DNA of 63,839 nt, filler included, from Octopus bimaculoides (lineage: Eukaryota), in NCBI RefSeq assembly GCF_001194135.2. It is 6 parts of 5 records of this genome, joined end to end, with 100 filler letters (N's around TTAATTAATTAA, not from the genome) between each part and the next. Parts side by side here need not be neighbours in the genome. Positions count along the whole stretch, not along the records: positions 7,882 to 24,771 come from NC_068989.1; 5 more parts are not named here. One strand, written 5' to 3'. This document shows positions 11,262 to 22,804 of the stretch, piece after piece. Below the pieces are notes generated by a model that worked only from the letters and a program-made list of their open reading frames with translations, made no database searches and was not told the origin of the DNA. The position numbers and the translations under genes are program-made. The stretch's first letter is position 1. Every line of letters starts with the position of its first letter.

Positions 11262-14095
11262 TGTTTTCTTTATAAACAACTAATGGTTTACAAAATACTT
11301 TGGGGACGGTACAAGAGAATACAATGTGGGGTTACATAAAAGGAGTGGTAAAAAACAGTAATAACATAAAATTGTAATAATGAATAATTGCCCAAAACGG
11401 AAACTTCCGAGGGTTGCTTGAGGAGTCTCCACAAAACCACAGTCGTTTTGCCTACTAGAATAAGTGCGATCTCTATACCGTTCTCCTTCAACCTACTGGT
11501 GCAGGCTTAGACCATTCTTACAACATTTACTCACCTTTTAACACTTCCCTCTCTACCTTCACTTTCCTTTCCAAAGAGGAAGCCCTTTAAATCATGTCTA
11601 TTACACAGCCACTTTCGCTAAGGCCACCAGACAAAGAAACACAGCCTGCCCTTCCCGGCTAAAGGAAGGCGGTGGGACGATCTTCACAGTGGACTCAGCC
11701 GATAGCCAAATCCGTCCTACACGTGACAGCAAGTGCTCGACATAAACCCACAAGTCAGCAATGCTCGTGGACTGGACGGGAGCGTGCAGAACAGCTTCGT
11801 CGCTCTGCACGAATCTGCGCAAGGACGGCTGACAGCACTTCCGTGCCTGTATTTTATCATGAACAGGTAATACCCACCGGTAACACTGCAAAGCCAAGGA
11901 TTTCTGAAAATTATCCATAGGCCCTCGCCCGAAAGTCCTCCGGAACAGACCAGCCAACTGATTCTCATCGACGCCCAGAATCTCCCCGAGAACGTCGTCA
12001 CGCTTGTCTGCCACTAACCCTCTATAGAACGCCTGAGTGGAACTTCCACCGACTTCATTGCCCGACTGACAGAGGACTGCGAGCGCCTTACAACACTTTA
12101 GGTGCCAGGCGTCTTGCAGCGGTCTACGCTTGAACCAGGATTGCAGTTCATTCAAAGAGATGAGCTGTGGAAAATACTGTCAGATAAACAGTGAACACAC
12201 CTGCTCACCCTCAAGGAAGCGCTGGAGATGTCGCACTCTCAGCACATATCTGCGCATCAGCAGCTACGGAATGCCCAACCCGTCATAGTGGGTGTTAACA
12301 GAAAATGGAGCACTTGACCATTGGAACGCGTCCCTTCCATAGATAGCCAAAGAATATGCGCTCCAGTTTGGTAAGACGTAAACTGGGACAAGGTACGACA
12401 GTCAGCTGGTAATATATGGCGGAGGTGATGTAAGCATTCGCTACCTCTGTCCAACCTTTCAGGGATAGCTTTCTCTCGGCTCATTTTTGGGTGAAATTGG
12501 ATACCCTCGTCACCTCATCCCAGTTCTTTTCCACCTGGAGATCTGGACAAAACCAGACACCAAGCAATTTAATCGGACCCTCCATCCAGCATGCCACGAC
12601 ATTATTGGACTGCATGGACCTAGCTCCCCAGGTGCCGAGCTGCAGGTCCACTGACTTTTCTTGGTTAATTTTAGCCCTTGTCATCGCGTCGTATCCTTTT
12701 AGAGCAGTCCAGACAAGTTCTATGTGCCTGGTGTTCGACACTATCACGGTGACGTCACCTGCGTATGCCGACACGGTTCTCCCGCGTCTTAATTCGTACG
12801 GTACGCCTCCCAACGCCTAATTTCCGCAGTAGTGTCTCTAGAGCCAGTGCATACAGAAGAGAAAAGAGCAGATACCCTTGCCGGACCGAGCGCATGATGC
12901 TAAAGGCTCTGATAGGTAAACATTCACCCGAACTGCCAAGGAGATGTCACTGTACAATGCAGCGATCCAGCCACGGAAAACAGGACCGAAATCAGCCGCC
13001 AAAGTATTGGTGGTCAATCCCATCGAAGGGTTTAAATTGATTCAAATTGATCAGGGCCCTACCCATGCCAGCTTCTTTACCCATTTTGTCTATGACTTAT
13101 CACATGATATGAAGGTTGTGGATGAATCTGCTTGGAATTGCGCATCCTCAGTCAGTTCTTCGACGACAAGCGCCAACCTTTTTGCTAACACCTTGGCCAA
13201 AATTTTGAGGTCTACGTCAGCAGCGTCGTGGGCCTAAAAGTTTCTATTTGATCCCTCTTGTTTGGGTCCTTTCTCAGCAGTGCTATCGCTCTTCGATTCA
13301 TAGAACTTGGAATTCTCTCGTTCTGCTGCCAGTTGAGGTAAATATCTGCTAAGAGGCCACCAAACAAGTCAGGTATATAAAACTGCCTTTTTAAAGGTAA
13401 AACACAATTTCTTGTGTACGATTGGCCCCGTCAACGCCTGCTTAACAAATTCTCTAATACGGTCTCTGTAAGCTTGGCCCGCCGGGAGTGACGCATTTAG
13501 TTTCCAGTAACCAGGACCCTACCTTCTATCTAGGTCGACCGTACAGATCACAAATTTGTGGTCAGTGATGCCGATGATTTTGTAAAGTGGACAACTTATA
13601 CTATTCTTATTTACTAGCCTACAGAAATCCTCTCTAGATATGACCTGGATGACCCGATGCGATTCATCCACATCCACATTGGCACATCCGGGAAATCCAG
13701 CTGGTATCTGTCAGACAGTCGGAAATGTCTGAACAAGTCTGCGAGACTTTAACCCCAACTCTTCTATCCGCTAGCCCAACACAGTCCAAACGTGGCTCTA
13801 ATACGGCGTCCCAATCGCCCACTAAAAGTCGAGACGTTCCTAGGAAAACCTTCAGGCGCTTGAAGAGATCTAGTTGTCCTGCTCCTATTGGAGCATAAAC
13901 ATCCACTAATCTGAAGGCACTCCCGTCACAACTGTTCACATCCAGGACCACTAACTTATCTTCTGGATCCAGGAAGATAGTTCTTATCTTAACAACACCG
14001 CAGTCCTCCACCATTCCCGGCTGGCATGGAGATAATTAGATCTCGTATCCACCGAAAGTGGGCATGAACGCTCGTCGTTCGGAGAGTCTGGTGTG
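11262..14095 (-). mobile_element. Tx1/L1-clade LINE copy A: 5'-truncated ORF2 (APE, RT, C-terminus), 3' UTR and (ATT)n tail
   Basis: APE motifs IFLDPEDKLVVLDV..FRLVDVYAP..LLVGDWDAVL; RT motifs ILAKVLAKRLALVVEEL, VSAYAGDVTVIV, KINQEKSVDLQLG. The end reads ...ataaagaaaac followed by (att)n. Many frameshifts. Confidence 0.9.
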
Positions 14096-17000
14096 TGCGT
14101 TGTCTATATGGTTACATGTGTTCTATCAGTTCTGTATTGTTCATGCTTATTGCTGTGAAGTTAATGATGTTTAAATTTTGCTGGTGTAGGGATGTGGGGT
14201 TTAAGTTTTGTGTATGTGAATTGGGTTGTGCTTGTAATGGTGGTGTCTGTGATAGTGGCAACGGTAGTGATAGGGATGATGTTGTTGACGGTATTGGTGT
14301 GGCTGCTGTTGGGGGTAGTATTTGCATATTTTTATCTCAAAGGCGTCTCCCCTTTGACTATAGCTCCAATGACATGGAGAAGGAAGAGCTGAGCGATCGA
14401 TGGATCCCAGTGACAAAAGGAGGTAGGCGAAAGAGGAGGGGAGTACAGAGCCCCACTCCAAGAAATCAACGAAGACTTTTTTCTGAAACCACAATTGCAA
14501 CACAATCCACAACCACGCCAACAAAAACTGCAAGAACAAAAACAACAACTTCAAAAACAGCAACATCATCAACAACAGCATGAAATTAAAGAAATAGAGA
14601 AACAGCCGATTACAGAATATTCATCAGACTGTAAGGCGAACTGTATCCATCAATTTCACTGTTGTGAAACGGTGAAGTGATGGATTTTGTAAATCAATAT
14701 AAAAACAGTATAGAGACAGAGGAAAAGGAATTTGAGGATTTCATCCTCAAAACCCCCAAAGACAGACTCTTAATTAAAACGTCGTCACATGTTTATAAAC
14801 CTATAAGAGAAAAATTCCCAGGAAGTGTGGGGATTAAAAAAAATTCTATTGATAAAAGGCTGTTGGAAGGGCCTTTTAAAACATTTTCGCCAGTAGAGAA
14901 CCAAGGTGAGTAACCTCCTCATTTTTCTTTCTCCGACTAGTATGGCTGTGCTGAGAATAGGGTGTGTGAATGTGCTTGGCCTGGGATCAGCCTGAAAGCA
15001 AGGTCATTTGATCAATGATCTCAGGTCACTTGATCAATGATCTCAGGTCACTTGATTTGGACGTGGCTGCCATTAGTGAAATAAGGATCTTTGGAAAACA
15101 CGCTCTAGCATCCATTTTCGAAGACTACGAGGTATTTTCATCTTGTTGTCTATCGGGAGCGGGTGGCGGTGTAGCAGTGCCACTCCGGAAATCCTTATGT
15201 TTCCAAGTACGAGCTATCTTCCTGGATCCGGATGGTAGGTTGGTGGTCCTGGACGTGAACGGCAGTGAAGGTGGCGGTTTATGCCCCAACAGTGGCTGGA
15301 AGGCCAGATTTCTTCAGGTGTCTAGAAGCATTCTTGGGAACGTCTCGCACTTTAGTACTACTGGGGACTGGAATAGTATTTTGGATGCACGGAAGGGCTG
15401 TGTGGGTTTAGTACATAGTAGAAGGGGATGTGAAAGCCTCGAAAACCTGCTCAGGACTTTCCAGCTTTCTGACAGGTACCAAATGGATTTCCCTGATGTG
15501 CCAGTGTGGACATGAAGTAACCACAGCGGGTCGTCCAAATCGTATTTAGATAAAGTATTTGGTAGATCAGAGGATAGGGATAGCATAGGTTGTCCACAAT
15601 TTAAATTGGTCGGCTACACAGATCACAAATTTGTGATATGCTCGATTGATTTAGATAGGATCCGTAGACAGGGACCCGGCAATCGGCAACAATCGGTGGT
15701 AGATCGCTCTGAAGAGAGCGATTAGAAAGGTGCGTTGTCAGAGCTAAGGCTCGTGCGCTAAAACATAAAGGAACTAAAGTCGTCCGATGGGCCCGAACGG
15801 TAGAGACGCGACGTGGAAACAAAACCACGATCAAGTCTTTGACAGATCAGTACGGACGCGTACTACTCGGTTCTGAGCAGATGTGTGCGGCTTTCCAACA
15901 GTACTTTGCGCGGCGGTTTGTGAAGGGTGATGGGTCGACAACGGTAGCGAACTTTATGTCGTACCTAGACGACCTACCACGGCTCTCGGTGACGGACGTG
16001 AGATTCTGCGAAAAGCCGATTACAGCCTCTGAAATACAGGAAGCGATGAGCGATTGCACAAGTCGCAAATCGTCCGGTTTGGATGGTCTGCCCTACGAAT
16101 TCTGTTTTCATGCCAGATTTGTTTGGCAGCTTCTTGGCAGATGTCTACAGTAACTGGCAGCAGAACGGGATAATTCCTAGTGCTGTTAGCCGGGATGTAG
16201 TAACACTGCTGAGAAAGGACGCCGACAGTCAGGACATGTCAGGGAATTTTCGGCCCATAACTCTGTTAAATACAAAGTTTAAGATTTTGGCCAAGGTTTT
16301 AGCGAAAAGGTTGGCGCTTGTCGTTGGTAGTCTGGTCGAGAAGGCACAAACGTGCGCAATCCCGAGCAGGTCTATCCACGACAACCTCCACCTCATGCTA
16401 TACATCGTAGAGAGGGATGGGATTAAAGCTGGCTTCGATGGGGTCTTGATCAATTTATATCAGTCGAAACCTTTCAATAAGGTAAACCATCGCTACTTGG
16501 AAGCCGTCCTTAAAGTGGTCGGTTTCGGGCCCGTTTTCAGAGACTGGATTGCTGCAATGAACAGCGGCACTTGTTCGGTGGTCAAAGTAAATGACCATCT
16601 ATCGGAGCCGTTTAGTTTCGCACGTTCGGTCTGTCAGGGCTATCGCTGTCACCTCTTCTGTAGTAGTTGGAACCATTAAGAGGCCTCCCTTTCGAAACTG
16701 GACTCGAGAGAGCAGTATCTGCATACGCGGACGACGTCATTGTCATGGTGTCGGACGCCTCCGAAGTGGAGACGGTTGGCTCCATTGTAAAGGAATATGA
16801 AGAGGCTAAAATCAATGCCGACAAGTCGGTAGGATTGCAACTGGGTACCTGGAGATGCAAATCGATGCTGTCGGACGCTGGACTGACGGACCGTGAAACT
16901 GCTAGGGATCTGGTTTGGATAAGAATTGGGAAGAGGTGACGAACCGGGTGACCTCTATTACCCAGTAATGGGCAGAGAGGAAGTTGTTCTTGAAAGGTCG

Positions 17001-17757
17001 AGCAGAGGTGGCGAACGCCTACATCGCCTCTGTCTGCGTATCCTGTTTATTTTCTTGTGGAAAGGACGCGTTCGAATGNNNNNNNNNNNNNNNNNNNNNN
17101 NNNNNNNNNNNNNNNNNNNNNNNNNNNNNNNNNNNNNNNNNNNNNNNNNNNNNNNNNNNNNNNNNNNNNNNNNNNNNNNNNNNNNNNNNNNNNNNNNNNN
17201 NNNNNNNNNNNNNNNNNNNNNNNNNNNNNNNNNNNNNNNNNNNNNNNNNNNNNNNNNNNNNNNNNNNNNNNNNNNNNNNNNNNNNNNNNNNNNNNNNNNN
17301 NNNNNNNNNNNNNNNNNNNNNNNNNNNNNNNNNNNNNNNNNNNNNNNNNNNNNNNNNNNNNNNNNNNNNNNNNNNNNNNNNNNNNNNNNNNNNNNNNNNN
17401 NNNNNNNNNNNNNNNNNNNNNNNNNNNNNNNNNNNNNNNNNNNNNNNNNNNNNNNNNNNNNNNNNNNNNNNNNNNNNNNNNNNNNNNNNNNNNNNNNTGG
17501 ACTCTCGTCCTTGGTACTCAGGGTGATCTTGAATGGTGGGGTTCCTTGATTATCCTTAGAGGTCCTCCTGAATCAGAGGGATCCCATCACGACCCTTTTC
17601 TCCTCTTTATCTAGTGTCACATACTATGTATATTTCCCTTCTAATGTATACCGTGTATACTTTTTATTTTATCATTCCATTATATATTAACCCACCACAC
17701 TTTGTGTCTGTCTTTGTATTGTCCCCTCATAATTCGCCCTGGTGGCAAATAAAAGAA

Positions 17758-17798
<41 letters not shown>

Positions 17799-17800
17799 CA
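14095..17800 (+). mobile_element. Tx1/L1-clade LINE copy B: ORF1 remnant, decayed ORF2 from 14942, 3' UTR and (ATT)n tail
   Basis: MAVLRIGCVNVLGL..LDVAAISE (APE start), GDWNSILD, SGLDGLP.EF, NFRPITLLNTKFKILAKVLAKRL, AVSAYADDVIVMV (RT). A gap spans 17079-17497. The end is aataaaagaaatt(att)n. A short tandem duplication lies at about 15010-15056. Confidence 0.85.
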
Positions 17801-17802
17801 TC

Positions 17803-17980
17803 ATCAAGGCGGTAAACTGACAGAATCGTAAGCACGACATTTTTTCCGTCTTTACGTTCTGAGTTCAAATTCCGCCGAGGTTCACTTTTCCTTTCATCCT
17901 CTTGGGGTCGATGCAATAAATACCAGCTGGGCACTGGGAGGGGGGGTCGATGTAATCGATTTACCTCTCCCCCAAAATTA
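17803..17980 (+). mobile_element. SINE family A
   Basis: aaggcggtaaactgacagaatcgt...gagttcaaattccgccgagg...ccccaaaattataataat. Confidence 0.8.
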
Positions 17981-18003
17981 TAATAATAATAATAATAATA
18001 ATT

Positions 18004-18118
18004 ATTATTATTATTATTATTGAGTGTGAGAGCAGTGTATGCCATCAAAATGACACTGGAGTAAAATATACGAAGCCCAGTATACCCATCATGACTACCC
18101 GTCTTATAAGGGTACATC
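18004..18118 (-). mobile_element. Short 3' end of an unassigned non-LTR element with (AAT)n tail
   Basis: atgtacccttataagacgggtagtcatgatgggtatactgggc...ctctcacactc(aat)n. It is non-repetitive sequence ending in a trinucleotide tail; the clade is not identified. Confidence 0.5.
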
Positions 18119-19385
18119 AGGCACATGCATCTTCCGTAACAAATAGGGGTAGACTTCTTCTTTGTTTTGGTTTGGGAGTGGGTGAGAGCGTGGGAGCGGG
18201 AAGTGTAGGAGTCTTGTGCACTTGTTTATGATTTAGCACTTGTAGTACTTGTAATGTTGGCTGCGGTGAGACTTTATCTTTCTTTGTTTCAGAGCAGGAA
18301 TCCTTTAAGTGTTTTACAGATCCACATTTATGGCATCTTGGTTTTCTACCCTTCACGAACACTGACAGGTGAGTACCATCCGGGAGATCGATTAGATCGG
18401 GCAGCTGGTCTATATGGTCCTGCTTGCATTGCAAAGTCAGTTCCATACCTATACCTAGCCAGTTTTGTTTAGGTAGTTTCTTGACCTCCCGTATTGTGAC
18501 TTCCTCTTCTTCTAAACCTGCCAAGGCGGCCGCCACTAACCAGGTAATGGATGTTTCCGGCGACACATTCAGCAAGACGTTAGCCGCGATAGCTGGGGAT
18601 TAAGAAAAAGTTGTCATTCTTCAAAGTGGTTGAGGAATTACATTTAGCTTCTTCTTCCGTCCCATATCTCAATTTGGGACGGAAGAAGCTAAATGGTTCC
18701 TTGGGTGATGTGGGTCTTTTGTTCCCACACGCGCCCAAAGCATTTTTGTACTCTCAGGGACATTTTCCACACGCCGAGATTTTACTCCGATGCAACGGTA
18801 TGTGACCGTGCATCTTGCGATATTTTCTATTACGTCCGATAGAGGGTTTAGAGCTAACCTTCTCCTATCTCTTTTAATAAATTGTCTAACAAATTTTAAT
18901 TCTTCTTCGTCTATGCGGAGGCACTCCATATTTCTCGCCGCCGAGGCAGAATAAACAGGGGCGATATTTGCATTTTTGTGTTTTATTTCTTTCGTATTGT
19001 TGTTGCTGTTGTTGTTGTGGTTGCTGCTGCTTCTATCACTGCTGCTACTGTTGTTCTCTTTGTTGACACCTAAAGTTTTGACGTTGCTTAGAGACGAAAC
19101 ATTTTCCGCCACGGTGGTGTCATTAACTTTAGGCCGTTCGATGTTCTCATTTCTTTCCTTGTTCTCAAAATTTCTCAAGGAGCGCGTTCCTTTATCGAAC
19201 ATTATTATCATGGCTTCTTTATCAGCCATCTTCAAAAAACTGCAGAAAATTGCGAAATATTTGTTTTTGCCGAAAGCAATAAAAATTCAAAAATCAATTA
19301 TGCGCACCCCTTGCAAAACAGAGTTGGGGGTTGGCGTATTTCTACGCAAAATAACTATCTGCACAATTTAGACAATATCCGGGAT
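18117..19385 (-). mobile_element. ORF1 (gag-like, CCHC knuckle) of a Tx1/L1-like LINE with its 5' UTR; no ORF2
   Basis: ORFs 19235-18669 and 18575-18117 are joined across a frameshifted stretch. They contain a CHKCGSVKHLKDSC zinc knuckle (CX2CX4HX4C), preceded by LPDLIDLPDGTHLSVFVKGRKPR and followed by a Pro/Thr-rich linker. Confidence 0.75.
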
Positions 19386-20170
19386 CTTTGTGATTTGACG
19401 GGCAACATTTGTTTTCTTAACGAAACACTTTCAAACTTGGGACACTGGTAGAATGTGTCATATAAAACAACTTCTTCTCTTAACCTTCTTAACAAAATTT
19501 TGTACATCGCAAGTTATTTCATGTTAAATTTGTTGTATTTCTGTAATTTCAACCAATCACTGACATCTATTCAGCTGAATACAGTTACTGCTGTTTTCTA
19601 AACAGTAGCTTTTGACCGGTAAGAAAAATGTTATTCCCCTGACATATTTCATCCGGTTTAATCGTAATTTATACGCATATATTGTTTATATAATAAATTA
19701 CGCTGTGCGTATCTGTGTATGTATATTTTTCCCATAACCTCACTCATAACCCTAACNNNNNNNNNNNNNNNNNNNNNNNNNNNNNNNNNNNTTCTAGGAA
19801 ATGAAGCACTTGGTGGAGGTGCATTAATAATTCTGGTAGCTCCAATAACAAGTGCAGGCAATATTCAAGTATTTTGATGGTTTTTTCCCCTTTGTTTACG
19901 AACAGTCTAGTTAATCGGAAATGTCAGAACTAACGGGGATTAATACCATATACACCGTTACAGCACTTACTGTTTTCAACTGAATAGACGTCAGTGATTA
20001 GTTGAAATTATCGAAATAAGACAATTTTTAACGTGAAATAACTTCGAATACAAAATTTATTATCTGTTCTATACCACAAAATATACAAGTATACGAAGTT
20101 TGAAAGTGTTTCGGTACCAAAACACTATATAAAAAAATGTTGCCTGTCAAATCACAAAGGTAATGGTAAC
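19386..20170. mobile_element. Non-autonomous long-TIR element (MITE-like)
   Basis: 19386-19594 and 19960-20159 are imperfect reverse complements (ctttgtgatttgac.ggcaacattt; cgaaacactttcaaactt; taatttcaac.aatcactgac.tctattcag). No ORF. Confidence 0.7.
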
Positions 20171-20255
20171 AACAGAAATGAAAAGGCCGAAAAGATTGCA
20201 AATACTTTTTCAACTTACGGAGCACCAAATTTCCGTGACTTCACGGTATGGTGGC

Positions 20256-20306
<51 letters not shown>

Positions 20307-20307
20307 T

Positions 20308-20398
20308 TCTTTATTGCCCACAAGGGGCTAAACATAGAGGGGACAAACAAGGACAGACAAACGGATTACATCGACCCAGTACGTGACTGGTACTTAAT
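20308..20398 (-). mobile_element. 3' half of SINE family A with Tx1-like tail, lying within (TAA)n
   Basis: Minus read: ttaagtaccagtcacgtactgggtcgatgtaatccgtttgtctgtccttgtttgtcccctctatgtttagccccttgtgggcaataaagaaatt(att)n. Confidence 0.8.
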
Positions 20399-20429
20399 AA
20401 TAATAATAACAATAATAATAATAATAATA

Positions 20430-20826
20430 ATAATTGTCATAGGTGCCCTGGGAATGACAGCGAAACGGGTTGATTACTACCTAGCTCAGATACCAAGAAA
20501 CCCCAAAATGGCTGAAGTTCAAAAGATAGTGCTCATGGGAACTACCCATATCCTACGTAAAATACTGTCTATGTGATCTCAAATTTTAAAACAAACACAA
20601 TTTTCTTATGGTTTCTTAAACATTCTCTAGTACAAATTCAAATGTACAAATCCAAATATATGGTATGTACAAATCCAAATATATGGTATGTACAAATCCA
20701 AATATATGGTACCCTAGGCATAACACCTACATGAACTTCTAACTTGTCCCTTGAGGTCTCTGGGTGAGACTTGGATCCAACTTGTACAAATGCAAAACAA
20801 AAATCAAACATAAAGTAATAATAATA
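20430..20826 (+). mobile_element. R4/Dong-type (RLE) LINE 3' end with 3' UTR
   Basis: VIGALGMTAKRVDYYLAQIPRNPKMAEVQKIVLMGTTHILRKILSM*, the typical post-RLE C-terminus, followed by a UTR ending taataataa. Confidence 0.75.
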
Positions 20827-20844
20827 AAAGTTTTAAAAAAAAGG

Positions 20845-20975
20845 GTACTGAAACCTATTTGAAAATGATACCAGGTTTACCATCCCTACAGGGAGTGCAA
20901 AAAATCGTGTTAACTGGAACGACTCATGTACTGAGAAGAGCATTATCGCTGCGAAAACAACATCCATTCATGAAT
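20845..20975 (+). mobile_element. Second R4/Dong-type C-terminal fragment
   Basis: KMIPGLPSLQGVQKIVLTGTTHVLRRALSL, homologous to the 20430-20576 peptide. Confidence 0.65.
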
Positions 20976-21139
20976 TAATTTAATTATTAATTTTTAAAAA
21001 ATACATATTTTACCTGTGAATTTGCGTGTGTAAACTGGGAATGCATACAACAAGTTTCTCTGCCTTAGGTGTACGGAAAACACTCGGCGAGAAATGGAAG
21101 AAAATTTGAAGAAAGAAGAAAAAAAAATAATAACAATCT

Positions 21140-21320
21140 TTTCTATTATAGGCACAAGGCCTGAAATTTTTGGGGAAGGGGCTAGTCGATTACATCGACT
21201 CAGTGCATAACTGGTACTTATTTCATCAACCCCGAAAGGATGAAAGGGAAGTAGACCTCAGCGGAATTTGAACTCGGATCGTAATGACGGGCGAAATACC
21301 GCTAAGCATTTTGCCTGGCG

Positions 21321-21322
<2 letters not shown>
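21140..21322 (-). mobile_element. SINE family A
   Basis: aggcacaaggcctgaaattttt...ggaatttgaactcgg...gaaataccgctaagcattt. Confidence 0.85.
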
Positions 21323-21352
<30 letters not shown>

Positions 21353-21378
21353 AACGACGACGACGATTATGATGATGA

Positions 21379-22480
21379 TTTCTTTATTAACTATTAAGGG
21401 TTTACAAAATGATCGAGAACGGTAGAGGACGAGGCAATGTGGTGTTATATGAAAGAGCGAATAAACAGAAGACTAACAGTAACAATAGATTCCAACAATG
21501 AATAATTCCCCAAAAGAAGGAGGCTTGGTAGGGCTACTCGTGGAAATCCCACAAAACCATGGTTACCCTGACCACTAAAACAAGTGTCGTCTCTCTCCTT
21601 TAATCTACAGGCCCATTCACTCGGACCATTTTCGCCACCCTCATCCACCTCTCAGCAAATTTGCCGAGAGGCAACACCTCCCTCTTCAACAACAGTTTCT
21701 TTTCAAGAGAAATGTGAAAACGTTAATGAGGGCTTGGCCAGAGGACGGTGTCTGCCTTCAGCCTTTTCAGTCTGGTACACTGCATAACCTCTTCTGCTAA
21801 GGCCGTCAGGCATATAAATATATTGCCTATTCTTCCCAGTCAAAACAAAGCGGCGGGTCGATCTTCACAATGGACTCAACCGATTGCCGTATCCGTCCGA
21901 CACGTGACAGCATGTTCAGCACGCATGTCGAACAGACCCAGCTGTAGTGATGATTTCGAACTGGCAATGCCAGCCCATAGATTTCTTCGAGAATGTCGTT
22001 GCTCTTGCTTATCACTAACCCTCTATACAAGGTCATGGGAAGAGTTCCACTAATTGCTCTGCCTGACTGGTAGAGGAGCTGTGAGCACTTGATGTTATTC
22101 CAGATATCAAGCACCCAGTCTTGACCCAGGACTATAGCTCTGTCAAAGAGATGAACTGTGAAGAAACCTGCCTTACAAACTTTGACCACATTTATTTATC
22201 ATCAAGGAACTGCTAGCTACGTGGCAGTCTCTTTGCATGTCTGCGTACTGTCAACTACAGCAAGCTCAGTCCACGCAGCGGGTGATTGATAGCAAATGGA
22301 GCAGCTGACCAGAGGAACGCGTCTCTTTCACAAAAAAAGCGGAAGAGTAGACGTTCCAGTCTGGTCAGACGTGAGCTGGGGCCAGGAGACGACGGCCAGG
22401 CGTTAATATATGACGGAAGATGACTATAAGTCCCCAAGAAGTTAAGACCAATGCATTGGACGAAAGACGACACATAAATG
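21379..22480 (-). mobile_element. Tx1/L1-clade LINE copy C (C-terminus and 3' UTR) with (ATC)n tail
   Basis: TLYRGLV..VLNMLSRVGRIRQSVESIVKIDPP is homologous to copy A (FYRGLV..LLSRVGRIWLSAESTVKIVPP). The end reads taataaagaaa(tca)n. Confidence 0.85.
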
Positions 22481-22804
22481 AAGGCAAAATGGAGTCGACA
22501 GAAATAAAAGGTATAGCAAAAGGTTTAACAATAAAGTTTAACAAAATTTCAACGAGAAAAATTCTCCAATAGGAGAAAATTTTGAGGGGAATCTCTCACA
22601 AAGGCTCGGATATCTCTGTCATATCCAAAAGTATCAAAAGTGTCATCAATAATGGTACCTAATTTAGGCACAAGTTTTGAGGGGAGTTAGTCGACTGCTT
22701 TCACCCTAGTACTTGAGTGGTACTTTATCTTATCGAAAACGCTATCTATTAGTGTTCTTCTTGTTTAGAGCTGCATAATCTAAGTAGTAAAACACATTGC
22801 AAAA

